64,000 bases of DNA from Magallana gigas. Taxonomy: Eukaryota. The notes beneath the pieces were generated by a model. It had not been told where the DNA came from. It was given only the letters and a program-made list of their open reading frames with translations, and did not search any database. Location of the stretch: NCBI RefSeq assembly GCF_963853765.1, contig NC_088858.1, positions 49,848,001-49,912,000 of the forward strand, read 5' to 3'. Below, one piece after another: positions 34,079 to 49,600 of this stretch. The position numbers and the translations under genes were made by a program. Each line of letters starts with the position of its first letter. Position 1 is the first letter of the stretch.

Positions 34079-37000
34079 TTATTTCCGTGATCTTGTGCTT
34101 CTTCTCGGCCTGACCTCTCCTTCAGTTGACCTAGTTTCTGATGACCTAGATTCTGATGATTTTGACCGGCTCCTTGATTTTTTTGAAGTACTATCTCCTG
34201 TGGAATCTTGAGACTGAAATTTATGTACATGACCATAAATATTCCGTATGAATTTTGTATAAAAAGATTGCAAGTCAAAAGCATTTTAGAAAGCAAAATT
34301 TATCTCATCTATCGTATCTTAATACTAGACAATCAATAATGATAAAGCTTAAGAAATTTTTCCATGGGACATGATGGTTATAAACCTCTTACAGCAACCA
34401 TGCACATTTCATTAAAGCTGACATGAATTCATAAATAAGCATTATTTCCCTTTTATCTCTGACTACTGCCATATTAGTTGTCGATATCTATTGTTCTGCT
34501 CATCGCTACACACCCCCTATATATGGCTGAGAGCGCTATTCATGCTTCATTCAGGAACTTCATACACCTGAACAAGTTACCTTGGACGAAAAGACATGTA
34601 AAAACACGTTTTAAAGAAAAATAAAATGACAACCACTGCACTGGCAAGATATATCCAATAAACGACGAAACAAGACAGACTGAAATCCAGGTGCAGATAC
34701 TTATAAAATTCCTCGATAATTGTGGACTGTTTTCCTGTGTTTGTTATAACATCGCACAAGCACAAACCACACACTGTGGCAAATCGAGCAATGTCAATGA
34801 TCGCATAGATTTTAGAAAAGGGGCGTTTTTGTAGGAACGGATGGAAACGATGTTACGTTGTTTCTATCTTGTATTTACTATCATTTATCTACTGTGTTGG
34901 ATGTAGTGCCGCCGGGGTTTTCAAAAAGACGCAGACGTTATTCACTCTATATGAACGACACACGTGTTCGATACGAATGCGAAGTGAGGCAGCACTGTCT
35001 GTGCAAAATAATAAAGATATCTAGGAATCCTTTCAAAGAATAAATATATTTTGCATTTCATGGATTGTTGTTTTCTCTATTCTTTACTACAAACATTTTA
35101 CTACAATGTGTAGTTCATGCATTTAGAAGTCTGTGCAACCTGGCTGCCTCGATCGGAAAGCAACCAACCGTAACTTTCTCAACCGGTATATATACTACAG
35201 TGGCAGTAGAGGAGCGATCAAAACTAATATAGCAACCAAATGCTTTTATGAATTCATGTCAGCTTTAATAACTTACTAGGAATGAGACTTATCAATGAAA
35301 TGCCGATTTAACAGACACTCCAGACAGAATCTAACCTATAGAGATATCAAGAAACATGCCACTAACTCTATCACAATCTGGCTAGGTTATAAAACTTTCT
35401 GTGTGATAACTCCATACTCCAAAATCATGCATAAACATCTTGCTTTATAAATCATGGTGACTTGAACGTAAAGATCATGTATGCATTTAGAGAGAGAGAG
35501 TAGCATGAGTTGGAGTATAGGGAATAATCTCTCAGATTTTTGGGACCTCCAGTGTGATAAAGAAGCTCTAAGAGATGTATTGACAGTTATGAATCCCTGA
35601 AATGTGTGTTCCTGCTCTATGTGTGTACCTGATCTCCCTGGGAGTCAATGTTAACTATGTGTGTACCTGATCTCCCTGGGAGTCAATGTTAACTATGTGT
35701 GTACCTGATCTCCCTGGGGGTCATTGTTAACAGATGTATCCATGGCCTCCTCAGCAATGGCCAGGGCATTCTCTGGGGAGTCCACCTCCTCCATTTCAGT
35801 GTCAGGTTTATCCTACAAAAGTGTGAACTTGTCAATAAATAAACAACAAACTACCTTTAGAGACACATTACCAAGTAATGATCAATGAAATGAATGCCCC
35901 ATTCTAACAAACTGAACTGTATGGAATTTTGTTCATGTTTTTGACTGCAAAAAATATAAGATGGACACTGACCTCTGTTGACCTCTTTGAGCCTCTTCTG
36001 GAGGGGGTCTCTTTTCTGTCGCTGGATGACTTGGCCTGTTTGTCTCTGTTTTCCGATACCTGTGCTGCTGTCTCATCAACATCACGCGGCTCTTGCTTTA
36101 TCTATACAAAAAATCAACACCTTATTCATAGAGTTACAGAGCAAGCACAAATACTGGTACATATAACTATTGTAAAAATGAATCATATTGGATATTGTTG
36201 CCTGTAATATGAACCTGGACATTCTGGGCTATTATTTCATTCATTATTTGCTATAATCATGATACATGTATTATTATTTTTTTTAATGTATATGCCCCCT
36301 GAGGGCCCTTAATTGGTGAATAAATAAATATACATATTGACAAGTATAACCAAGTTAAAAGTCTTCAAACGCCTTGAATTGGAAGTGAAATTTGTGAATT
36401 TACCTGAACCAAGTTTGAGCCTATTGTCTGTATAGACTGGACCGTTTGTATGGTCTGAGTCTCCATAGGTGCAGGGGCTGATTCCTCGACCTTCACCACG
36501 GTCACCTGTGTTGGTGGGGCTGTAAGGACTGTGGGTGTAGCAGGGAGAATGGTGGGGGTTGAGGGAGGTCCCTCAGTCGGCTGGGCTGGAGCAGGGGCTA
36601 CCTCGGGGGGATTCTCCAGTACAGCTAATACTGTCTTTGGTAGGTGGGCTTTCTGTAATTAAATAACATTTCAAAATTTTACTATTAAATCCATCAACAG
36701 TGAACCAACATAAAAATACCAATTTTATTCAAATCTTTATTTTTAAAATACTATTTCCTCACTGACAAGTAAACTATTCAATTCATAAAAAGTAAACCAA
36801 CACACAAACAGAAAATTCTTCTTAAAAAGTGAGACCAACCTGGTTTGGAGCAAAAGAGTTGACATGTGTCAGAAGGGGCTCCCTGAGGTCGGGACAACTC
36901 TCAAATACACTCTTGAGCTGGGGAGCCCTGAGCTGTAGTAGAACAGTGAAGGACTGAGGCTTCATCTTCTGACAACAGCGGATAAATCCCTCCCATACCT

Positions 37001-37618
37001 TCTTGTTCTTCCAAACCTAAAGCATGCGTACAAGTAGTGGTGAAGTCATTATAACTACACAGCAAAACAAAAAGAGCATTTTTAAAAACTTATAAATTAA
37101 TTAATTAGCTATAAAATATGTGTTAATTTAGGTATCTCCATACGCCTGGGAAAAGTTCTGCATACAAACCTGAACTTCTAAATTACTTAAACATATGGAT
37201 TTCTAGCAACTGTTTGACTTGAAAATGACAGTAAAAATTCAATTTTCGGGGAAAAATCTTTTTGATATTGTACAGTGTACAATGTACATCTGTTCATGAA
37301 AATAAAAGTCTCTGCGGTATTCAAACTTGGGACCGGCAGATTAATAGCTTAAAGCTACATCCATTGCGCCACAGAGATAAACAACAAAGAACTAGGTACA
37401 GTTTCAGTCATATTTTGCCCTGTTTAAGAGAGATTTTTAAAAAATCCACCAAAAATGGAAATGAAACATTTTATATTTACACAAAAACACCCATAAACTA
37501 CTATTCTATAAATAGTTATCTGCTTAGACTGTCACAAGGGTAATTGTGACATCACAAACAGTGCATTTTCACGTAATTTTTATAAAACTGAGCAGAAGAC
37601 ACCAGAACTTTTGAATTT

Positions 37619-37666
<48 letters not shown>

Positions 37667-40600
37667 ACCTCTTTAGATATGAGTCTCTGTAGGATGTTGA
37701 GGATGAAGCCCATCAGCCTGGGGTACATTGATAGGGACTGTAGGACGGTCCTCATGAACAGTGTGGGTAGGGGGTCCTGCTCCATCAGAGTCTTCATCAC
37801 CACAGCCAACACCTCCTGGGTGTAAATATTCTTCTCACTGAAGCACAGGTTGGTGGCTGAAAAAACAATATTACTCTGTGATATATTTCACACAGGTAAA
37901 CTCCAGGTAAACTCCAGGTGAGGTGGGGGTGGTGGTGTTATAACTGTCTTACAATTTGTGCTTCACTTTAATTAATGAACCAGTACACACCTTTGATAAT
38001 GGTCTTCATGTCACACTTGGTTGGGTCAATGTTGTGCAGTGCTATCAACAGATCGACCGGAGTGAGAGGAGATGTGTAGTTGGCGTCACTATGGCCACCT
38101 AGCAGACGGTTAAACACCTCTTTTACAACAATGGGGTTCAGCTTGATGAGTTTAGGTAGAGCTTGTATTACTTCATCCTGCAATTGCACAAAAACACACA
38201 GATATACAATCAATGAAGCAAAGAAAAGCACATTTCTCTCCAATAAGCAACCAAATGAGAACTCAGTAAAATATGTATACTAATATTTTGAGAGAAGTCA
38301 TTATTACCATGCTCTTTTATCATAACTAATATCATAACTATTCACAGTTCTTCATACACAGTTATTCTATTCTTAATATACAATTGAAATGTCCTGCTAT
38401 TGATATTGAGAGCTTTATTTTCAGAAACAGCTGACTAATGACTTGTGCGACCTCCGTACCTTTGACAGCCCTGTCAGTACAGGTATCAGGAATCGGACAT
38501 CGGGTACTCGCTTGTGATAAAGGTCTCGGACTCGTTCCACCAACTCAGGCGATGGAGAGGCTAAAACAAGAGATGGATGTGAATTTTTCAGTACAAGTAC
38601 TGTAAAATACCGGTTATATTAATACGCAACATTTCTGATTATGATTATACCTTAAGCTATATACTTATTATACATTTTTGTGTTAAAGGAACTTGAGTAT
38701 TAATAAAGATTTAATATGACAGTATGTAGAAATATCTGATTTTTGATACCTTTATCAGTCAGGATATGAATGACCCTGGTCACGAGGGTCTCTGCTCCCT
38801 TGGGACAACTCTCCACCAGAGTCAACAGCTCGGGTGATTTCATTCCCATTCCTTTAACCTGATCAAAGTGTCATTAGTGATAGAAATATTCAAATGACAT
38901 TAACCGACAACTGCTACAACTTGTACAGGTCTTAAAATATTTGACTCTTGGAAAATGCAATAAATTTTTATAGAGCACTGTATTTGAATGGAAAATCTTC
39001 ACTAGCATCTACACTATACACAATATTGTATGTACATGTATTTATTTACATGTACACTGTACATTGCTCTCTTTCTTCCCATGTATATTATACAGTATTT
39101 ACACAATGGCATGCACATAGATGTGTTCCCTTTATTTATAAATCTGTAATGAGAGTGTAATACATTTACATTATCCAGAAGACAATTTTATTTATACATG
39201 AACTGCATGGTAGTTACACATTTACGATACATGTACATGCTTTCTATACTATGTATATAGTTTAATTACACACTGAAGCACATGTATTTACTTTTAATAA
39301 ATTCATTAAAAAATATACTGCATTTTTTTTTAACACTAAATACTCTCTCATTTACAGGTAATAAATTCACACTACTGTTCCTCTATAAACACATGCACCT
39401 GATTGTACCATAGCATTATATACCATCTATATATACAAGTACTTACTGGGTTCTCTAGAGCTCGAAGAATGATTCTTTTGATGTCAGCTCCAGCTGAGGT
39501 GTACACCATTGCCAATCTAAACACATGTCAAATCAATGCATCAATGAACCTTTTTCCAAATTATTACCTCTGTTTGTTTTACTCTTATCAATTTTTAATG
39601 CCTATTTAAACTGAATTCATGTTGAATAAACTTGCATAAATTTCTTTACTGGAAAACTGATTAATAAATAGCATGTGGCTAAACAACTTGTATTTGACAG
39701 TTCCTTCTCTCAGAATTATTACACCTCTTGAATTCTTCTGACTCAAATTAAGGAATTTATTGGTGGCTAAACTTGCGGATGCTGAGCATTCTGACCCAGA
39801 AGAAGAAACTTACTGGTGAATCAGCTTGTGATTGTTGGGCAGGAGGCCGAGATACAGGTACAGACACATCTTGATAGTGTCCTCAGTCCAGGACTGCAAG
39901 GCAGGGTCATCTAGGGTAAAGGTCAAGGTCATTTTGTTAAGTTATTTTTGAATATATCACAAAATGATGTATCAAAGGACTATCATACACATTTACACTC
40001 TTAATTGCTTTATATCAAATACTAGCACTGAATGTTCTTCAAAATATATTTACCAATGACTTACAGTGTATGTTTGATAATTACTGGTATTAAAAAAAAT
40101 ATTCTTAACATTTTTATTAATGCTAAAATCATTTAAAATACTAAATTTTGTAAAACCATTAAACATAATGAATGAGAATAGTATGAAAATGAAGTGTATA
40201 AATATAGCCACTGCACAACACTTACTTTTACTTTTCCCAAGCATCTCTGTGGGTGGTTTTGTTAGCAAGAGATTCTTCAACATTTTTGTGGCATATTGCT
40301 GAAAATAAAATAAAAATACTACTACATGTATTTGCATTTCCATCCCTTTTGTTAAGGATCTTTATACTCTGTTTTTACCTCCAACATCACAGTAAGGTAA
40401 AACCTGTGGCATGCATACATGTATTACTTGGCGCTATTCAAAAAAATTAACTGGATGAAAGTTTGACATATGTACACAATATTGAATAAAGAGATTTACA
40501 GGAAAACAGTTTTACAATAGATTTTAACACAGCTGCAAATTCAGAGCAAAGTTACTTAAATAATCTTCTAGAAATAATTTTACTCTTGAAACTATTATTA

Positions 40601-43600
40601 GATTTTACAAAGGTTCCATTAAAACTCATTTAGATCTGACCTCTATTTGAGAAATGACTTAAATGTAGTACACATAATACATTAAGATTCCTGTAGTACT
40701 GACCTCTATGTAGGGCCTGATGTGCCCCTTCTCATACAGCTGTTTACTGCAGTGGATGGCAGTGGCCCTGACCTCAGGCATGTCATGGTGACATGACATA
40801 AGGAGGACCTCTAAGAACCTCAGTCTGTGGGCGGGGCGTGTCAGGATCAGCTGACGCAGCGTGTTGATCCCACTCACCACCCGATCCTACAACAGAGGAA
40901 GGTGCATTGCTTGATTAATCGTATAATCATTCATGCATCTACAGAACATGTACATGTATGTTAACTTATGTGGATGTCCATCTTTTAAAGGGAAATCAAA
41001 ATGAGGTACATTTACCTGCAAGAAAATAAACCAAATAAGGAATTTCTAATTCATTATGTGAATAAATGTTACAGTATATCAATAGAGCAATAATTTACCT
41101 GGTCCATGCAATATTTCTTGAGAATTTGAATGGCATTATCAGTAATGGCAGGAGCTTCCAAAATTAGACGATGAAACAATCTGCAAGAACAAGAAAAATA
41201 GATGAAAGACTCGATGAAACAAGAATACCGCTAAACGGAGCATTACCTCAGAACAGGAAATGTTTTCAAACATGTTACCAAAGAATTACCACTGCTAAGC
41301 TCAGATCACCTTTGATCAAGTTAAAAAATTGGTGATATTTCCTTGCAAAATGTCAATACATTTTACATCAAATCAAGTTAACTAATTTGTGTACTATTGT
41401 AAACTCATACCTAAAATTTGTATTGCTCATTTTCAACAAAACCAGTTATCCTGAGGAATAATTCCCTATAACTTTGGAAATGAGAAGGGTTTAACTTATT
41501 CCTATTCTAAAGAAGCATGCAGAATGGGATGATTTGTCAAAAGCTCTATGGTTTTCTTTCCATTATGCCAATAAGATTTGTAAAGTATCACTCAAACACA
41601 AAGAGGTGTGCATAGGGATGTTAAAACAATTCTTTCGTTTCAATTTGTCCAAAAAATGGATAATGACAACTTAACCAACAACAGAATTAAAAATTTTCTT
41701 AACAAACTTTAAAAAGTTAAAAAAGCATAACGAACCCCTCCTTTGTGGTCTGTTCAGTTCGCTCAAGGAGGCCTGATAACAGCCTTGTCAGGCATTCATC
41801 ATAGCTGGCCAGGGAGGTCCGCTCATTGCGAAGATTAGACGCGCAGAATCCCTGACAGTTGGCATACTCCTGGTACAGCCAGGCAAAGGCAAGGTCAGAA
41901 CGATTACGCAGGTCCTCAAATATATATTCTTGTAGCACTGCAAACATAAACAACCAAATCACTGAAGCACCTAAACTAGGTCCTTTATATCTGATCATTT
42001 CTATATAAGAATTACATGAGCAAAAAGTTCTTACAGTTTTTTAATTCTCCACCAAACTGTGACACAAGGCTAGTCAGTAGTTTGGTTCTGGCTGACAAAG
42101 CATTCCCTAATGATGCACTTTCTGATTAAAAGAAAAAACATAACACTATTAGTGAGTATCACAATAATAAGTAATACTTATACACGAGGGCTGGTTCTGC
42201 CTTACTCTCTGCTTGTAGGATTCGTTTGACTGAGGCGATGGTCATTTCATCCAACCTGTCTCTGTCCAGGTCAGAGGTCACTGTGGACAGCTTGAATTGT
42301 TTGATTCCAGGTCTCACAGATCGTATTTGCTGAAATATCAAGATTTAAAATGTGAATCTAAATCTTAATTTGTTACGAAATGATTTTACTGTCTGGAGAG
42401 AAAAATAAATTGGCTTATAACGCAATATCAAAGTTTTGACATGTATATCCATCATTATTTTTCTAAAAATGTACATGGATAGGTTAAGGAGGCATATGGG
42501 CAATTTAGCGCCTTATTTTGATTGTAACAGTGAAAATAGTATAAAAAATTAATCACCGTTTTGAATCAGACCATAAAACATGCAATAAAATCAAGTACAT
42601 TACGACAACCTCGGTGTAATATCACACGAGAACTATAAATACAATATGTAGCTTATATTTATTTGTTAATATAAAATGAGATAGAACAACACTACCTCAA
42701 GGTTTTCCCTAAACAATAAACATTTCTAATAAAGGTAAAACATCTCAGATTTATGAAAACTACTGCTAGAATCCTTTATTCTCCTTGATAAAATAGTTAT
42801 TCGTCCAGTTCTCAGAAAACCTTCGCAACTTTTAAACAGTTTTCACCGAAAACAATATATTAAAATTGCATCAAAGCAACACAGAACAAAAGATTCTACT
42901 TTTTAACACTTTTCAATTTAAGCATCGATCAAACTATTGATAAAAGTAAAATAAGAAGTTGCCTCAAACTTTCTCTTAAACATGCTTAGCAACCTCAGAA
43001 ACTGAAGTATGTTAAATTCACTTTGAGATCAAGAGTTGCCATTTTTAGATGTAAACAAACTGAATCACATAGGCTGGTGATGGTGTTTAAAAGACAAAAA
43101 GAGACTATCAAAGGCAAGTAAAGTGTTCATATCTGTAATTAAATGTCCGAGGAATTATTTCAAATTAAATATTTGTATCAAATATATTCGGAAATAAGGT
43201 TAATCAGTCCAAAACTAGCACAATTTTTTGTTTACCATATATAATTGCAGATTTTTACTATGGGTGGCACTGTAGCTCCCGAGTCGTCCATCCGAATCTT
43301 TTCAGACAGGGAGCTACAGACCTGCAGCTACATTTAACACAGACTCCATATGCTTCCTTGACACCCCTGCATACTAATCTTTGTTTTTTAAGACAAAATC
43401 ATTTCTCAGTATGACTATAAGCTGCACACTTTACAGATTTCTAAGGAAACTTAATAAAGTTATTAAAATGACTAAAATGCACACTAACTGGAGCTGCTGG
43501 TAGATTAGCTGCCTTTGAAGATGACGGCCCAAGTGCTTCTGTAAGGCCACCTAAAAAAGAAAGTTTGTCCAATAATATCCATATAAATAATAAACAAGAT

Positions 43601-46600
43601 TAGGTATTTTAAAATTAAAACAAGTAAGTTACTAGAAAAAATATGTTTAGTAAGGTTTTAATAGGTCATTTTTAAAGTATTAACTAATGGAGACCATTTA
43701 ACTAAATGCAAATGAATTGAGAACTATGTTTTGTACAGTTTTTCTTACCTACAACGGTCTGTATAACCTGTTTAGGAGAGGTGGGCTGGTACTCAGGGGA
43801 CGCCCCTCCATCCTCCTCAGACACCTCCTAAAATAATAGTAGTGTACCAAAAGTGAAATGTACAATAATGTACTACCGAATTACATTCCCTATATGTTCA
43901 TTTGGGATTTACCAGTGAAAAACTGGTTCACAGCAGAATTCTTTTTCAACTGAGCTTTTTTTCTAAATTTTTTAAATCTTGAACAATAACAGAGACCTTC
44001 AAGAACTGCTTCATATTGAAAAATATTGGAACATTGCTTTGAATGTGAAAAATGTTGGTTTACTGTATATGTACTAAGATTTAATAATCATGAAGCCTTT
44101 TTTGGTACATGTATTTCAAAAAATATATCAAATACATCATCAATATCTTGAGATTGGGATATTTTATAATTAAGGCCATGAATGATGCTTAGGCTTATTT
44201 TCACTGAAAAAAAAGATAATTAATTTATATAAATGTTGAAGATTTCACAACAAGCTACCTCTAGCTGGACTTCAGCGATGCCCTTGCCCATTCCAGCAGC
44301 AGTGAGCTGATTGGCCAGTAGGCGCCCCATGTGTTTTATCTGTCCCTCTGTCCCGGCAGCAGCGATGGGGGTGTAGGTTGCCTGGAAATGGGGAGGAAGC
44401 TGGTCTGGCAACATCACCTGTAAAATTAAATCACACTACCTGTGAACCACCTGTGAGGGATTCACTTTGCCTTACAGTCTGATGTAAACCAGTTACAAAA
44501 AGAAATTCAAAAAGGAAATCAATGAATACACTGACCATGCTAATCAGGACAAGATCTGCCACATTCTGTGGAGTCAGGCGGGGGATGATGTCCTCAGCGG
44601 TGATGTCTACCGCAGTCTGTCGCTGTTTGAGGGTTGCAGGTGCTTTTACTTTAGAGCGATCCACAAAAGGAGTCATGCCAGCATCGTCATCATCCAATTC
44701 AATCTAAAACATATACATGTATTTTATACAATTTTGATAAAGTGTATATTGGTATATATCTTAGCAACATCATCCAACTTGATCTATTATATACAGTTGA
44801 AAATTCTAATGCTGCAAAAATACACATCAACAATAGCAACCATATCAAATCAAAGCATGAATGAGCACAAAAATTGCTACTATACACAGTATAAGTTTAA
44901 AAAAAATAAAATAAAGATAGTTGATCCCATTTTCTAAAATCATCAAATTGCAACTCCTTTTAAAATTCATAAATGACTTCCAACTAAAATTTCCTTAACC
45001 ATGTTCTATCAGTTTTCTACTTAAGCTGTCAATGTCCCACCTCACTCTCTATTTTGGCTTTCTTTGTTGTACCGCCCGAGTCCTCCAGCTTCCTCTTCCT
45101 GCTCTCGTCAATCTTTGGCATATTCTTCATCACCTTTAAGTAGTAGAAAACTCGTCAATTCAGTCTTAAAACTAACTGGCAATATTAAGTAAACATTTAC
45201 GGCGTGGTACCAATGATTGTACATGTACTGTACTTCTTGACAAACATCAAATCGGCCTTCATTCAACCATCAGTATTTTTTGACCTGACTTACCTCCGAG
45301 TTGGTGGCCCCCAGGTCTGTCAGGAGTGTGGTTATCTGTGTGATGTAGTCCACTGAGGCCTTGTGTTTCAGCAGGGACAACATGTGCATCTTCATGTTCT
45401 TACGCACACTGCTCACCTGAGACTTCGCCAGTGTGGGCGGAAGATTTACTACAAAACACAGACACATTAATAGAACACATTTACATATCTGTATCATAGA
45501 CTAGTTAACAAGTGTAATCCTGATTCCAGTTATACATTGATATTTGCAGTACATATATTTCCCACATTTGACCAGAACTGGTAAATATCACAACAGTTTA
45601 TTGCAATGAAAATATTCACAAATTATATTCCTAAACAAGTTTAATTTAAGTGCAACTTTTTGTGCACAAGAAATATACAGGTTTTTTATGGATGGAACTG
45701 TAGCTCCAAGGTCCATCAACCCAAATTTCCGATGGAGCTACAGTTCTGCAGCTACCTGGTTGTGTGTTTTCATACTCATTGGATAAAAATTATTCCCCTT
45801 TACATATCACAAATGGTCCTTTAAGTACAATAAAACCTTTAGAATAAAACTTACTGCTGAAGAATAACTTCTATGTATAAAAGATAGAGGATGATACATG
45901 CACAGGTAAATAAAACTAATTAACTTACCCTGCAAAGTCTCAAAAGACTGCACCACCTTCCCGAAGAAGTACGGCCTCTGTCTGGCTATGGTGGTCAGAC
46001 TTCCCATGACTGTCATCAGGTTTATACTGAAACAAGCAACCCAGTATATCTAATACACTGTACATTCAAAGAACACTTAAAGTGCTGAAAATGCATTTAG
46101 CTTATTTCTTTTAAATACAACCCAAAAGTTGAATTATTTACTTTCGTATGATTATCAATACCAATCAATCTGGATATTGTCCAATAAATGACTTAAACAC
46201 ATGAAAATCACAAAATGTTATCATTTTCCTAATTTTATTTGGGCTAAAAAATTAATATCAATACACAAATGAGAGACTTTTATCAAGTCTTTAAACCTCA
46301 ACCAATTATATTAATTTCTTGTGGTATGTTAGCAATAAAACAATTATACTACAACAATACCCCCTCCACCCATTGTAAGTCAGCGACATCACTGGTCCAT
46401 GTTTTTGTTATCATTCACCTGAAAATGTCCAATATTGAGGCTGTATATACCTGGAAATGTGAGGTGAGGCTTGGAATTGCAGAAGTGTTTCAAACATCTG
46501 TTTGCCTTGCTCCTCCAAACGTTTGACTTTTAGATACTTGTTGTCCTCTGGAACAAGATCCAAAGTGACCTCAGCATCAGGCTTCGAAGATTTTGGTACC

Positions 46601-49600
46601 TCTGAATCCTACATACAACACAATTATTCAATAAATAATAAATTTCTAACATTAAATTGTATCAGAATTCTATTCTATCTTTGAGGATTTCTATACATAC
46701 CGGAGTTTTACGAGACAGAGTCAAAATAACCCCTTCCATAAACTTCACAACATGAGTTCTTATTCTGTAATGTAGAAACAAAATGTACATGTACATCATC
46801 ATTGTCAACAAAAATATATGTGAAAAATGAAGCAAACACTTTGCAAAAAAAGTTAGCCTAAAATCTTACCCATCATTCTCTGAGTCAATAAGCTCAAACA
46901 TTCTGTTTTTCAGGGATTTCATAGTCTCCCACACAAAAGATTTTTCTTCTGTTACATTTTTGGCCTTAGCTAGCCACTAAAACATCAGATATAAATATTA
47001 TCATTCCTTGGATTTTAAAAAGCCTCTCAATTATCAAAAAAAATTTCATCTATAATGTTAATTTTTTAACTCACTTTTACTATGACTTTATAAACTTGAG
47101 GTAAAGACAATATGACTTTCTTTTGGACATTGACATTATCATCTTGCAGAAGAATTTGCAGACAGGGCAGTATCTTGTTTAACAGCTCAGGATCTTTCTT
47201 ACTGCAACAGATTTTACATTCATTTACTTTAAAGTTTATACTATCTGGTACAAGCAAATCAGTTGAGTTGATGAAATAATCAGATTCAACATAAAGGTTG
47301 AAAATACAGAGTGAAACATTTTTAAAATGAATATGGTAACATAATGACAAGGTTTATTCATTTACAATTTCTTTTGATAGCACATGAATAGCAATTTGTA
47401 ATTAAGATATACATGAATAGCAATTTGTATACAACATGACCATGTATAGCAATTTATAAGTATAATGTACATGTATTGCAATTCATAGGTCACATATACA
47501 TAATAATTTATTTGTTTGCAACCTGTTTTACTTACCAAGCCTCTTCCATGAAGGTTATCACATATTTCTTCACATCAACTGACCGGTCACTTTGAAAAGC
47601 AAGCATTTCCTAAAAAATAAGCATATACATGTCAATATTTATATAGAAAAATTTCTTCATTTACGAAACATTTGTTGGTTCGTATATACAATGTAACAAA
47701 ACTTTCCATTTTCAAATTAATGTATATGTCTTTCGACTCTATATATGTTTTTTTTTTTTTTTTTTAAAAAGCATGTACACAATCAGAAAACTTTCTTAGA
47801 TTTAACAATTTGTTGTACCTGGTATACCTACAAGTAATTCTATACTTACATCTAAGAAATTATCAAGCAAAGTCGGATCCTTGTGAATGATTAATTCTTG
47901 AACCTGGAAAATTTCATAAGATCATCAAAAGGTTAATTCTTAGTACATGTAGTTCATACCCTACAAGACAGGCCAAAGATAGCATGTAGAAATGTCAATG
48001 TTGGGTTACAATGGTCGGTGTCATTTGTAATGAAAAACATACTATATTAGATATTTTGTTATTTCAGACTTAAGTTTTTATGCCATTTTAGCAGCTATGC
48101 CTTTTTTTAACATTTGCCACATCTCAATTTTTTTTACCACATTCACACACCCATACATGTATGAAAATAATGGACATTTTTATATTTAATGCTATACATT
48201 AGGGATGGGACGGTCCACTGATGCACCGGAGCATCACAGTATTTATTTTGACGATATTTGGATCGATACATTTATCATTAATACAACAATACCTAAGGGA
48301 ACTTTTTTTTATTTTCCAAAAATATCCGAGCTTCATACATCGGCTATTTTTAGTCCACGTGCCTAATATGAAAGTACAAAGATGATGGAAAACCTCGTAA
48401 AGTTGTCAAAACTGTTAGGAAGCTAAATCTGGAGTGTGGACAACTTTTGGATTACTTGTTTATGAAAAATTAGTGTATATGGGACTAAAGCCATTTGTAA
48501 ATTGTGCAACGCTCATTTTAAATACCCCGGTATATCAAAATAACTTTGGACATGCGGTAATATATCGACAGATTGAATAAATTTGTAATCCTTATTCATA
48601 TTTTCATTTAGTTGCAATGTATCGTGATATGTATCGTATCGCATCTCATGTATCGTGATATGTACAGAATCGGCTAAGTACAGTATCGTCCCAGCCCTAC
48701 TATACATATATGTACACTTTAAAATTAACTGCTTTAACTCACTGCAAAGGTAGCACTGTAAACATATCATCATTACTTTAAGAATACCTGTCTGAGAATG
48801 TTTATCTTTTGGGCTTCCTTTGACATCAAAGAAGCCTGATTAATGAGTTCAACAACCTGAAAAAGAACAATTCACTGTAGAGTATAACGGAAGTTGAAAC
48901 AATTCATAAAATAGTTGCATGATAATGATTCTCTATAAATACCTTTTGATTTTGAAAATATACATGTACATGTAGCTTAAATTTTCATGTACATTAAAGT
49001 GTATATTTAATAATGCAAAATACTGGTATCTTTTGTTCCAAGCTAACTAATGCTATTTTCTACACTCATTAATATATGTTAATTTCATCTAATCATTTTT
49101 GATACGCAAGACTTCCAGCATTAAAAATATTCTCAGAGATTTTTGGCATCATCGTGTGTGTAATGTCAATCATGTCATGGAAATGCAATTATGTGCACTA
49201 ACAGGTCAGCTGAAGCATAAAATTTACATGTTTTTTTTCAAATAGATTGCTGCTTTTAAAACAGCAAACTTGGCACAGAAAAGGGAATGGATTACAATAT
49301 GAAGAAAAAGAGAAAAATATATCTACTGTGAATGTCAGACATAAAAAGTGTTTTGGCGTAGATTTTTTCAATGGAAAAAAATATTATACGAAAGGCTTAT
49401 ATTATATAATCTAGATGGTGATCAATACCGCAAGTGACCGGGTGACTGTGAACAGTATGGTGCACACAAACTCTAGAATGCTGGAGAAAACGTACCCAGG
49501 AGAAAACGTACCCAATTCCTAGGGTACGTTTTCTCCAAGAGAGAATGTATCCAGGTACGTTTTCTCTTGGAGAAAACGTACCCTATAAAAATCATGAATA

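Noticed and set aside
36285-36330. Short motif atgcccc.gagggcc..aattgg.gaataaa, also at ~8715 and ~28672
   Set aside because: Probably the 3' tail of a common retroelement; too short to classify.
47378-47490. Degenerate ~30-bp minisatellite (catg.atagcaatt x4)
   Set aside because: Ordinary intronic tandem repeat with no link to splice sites.
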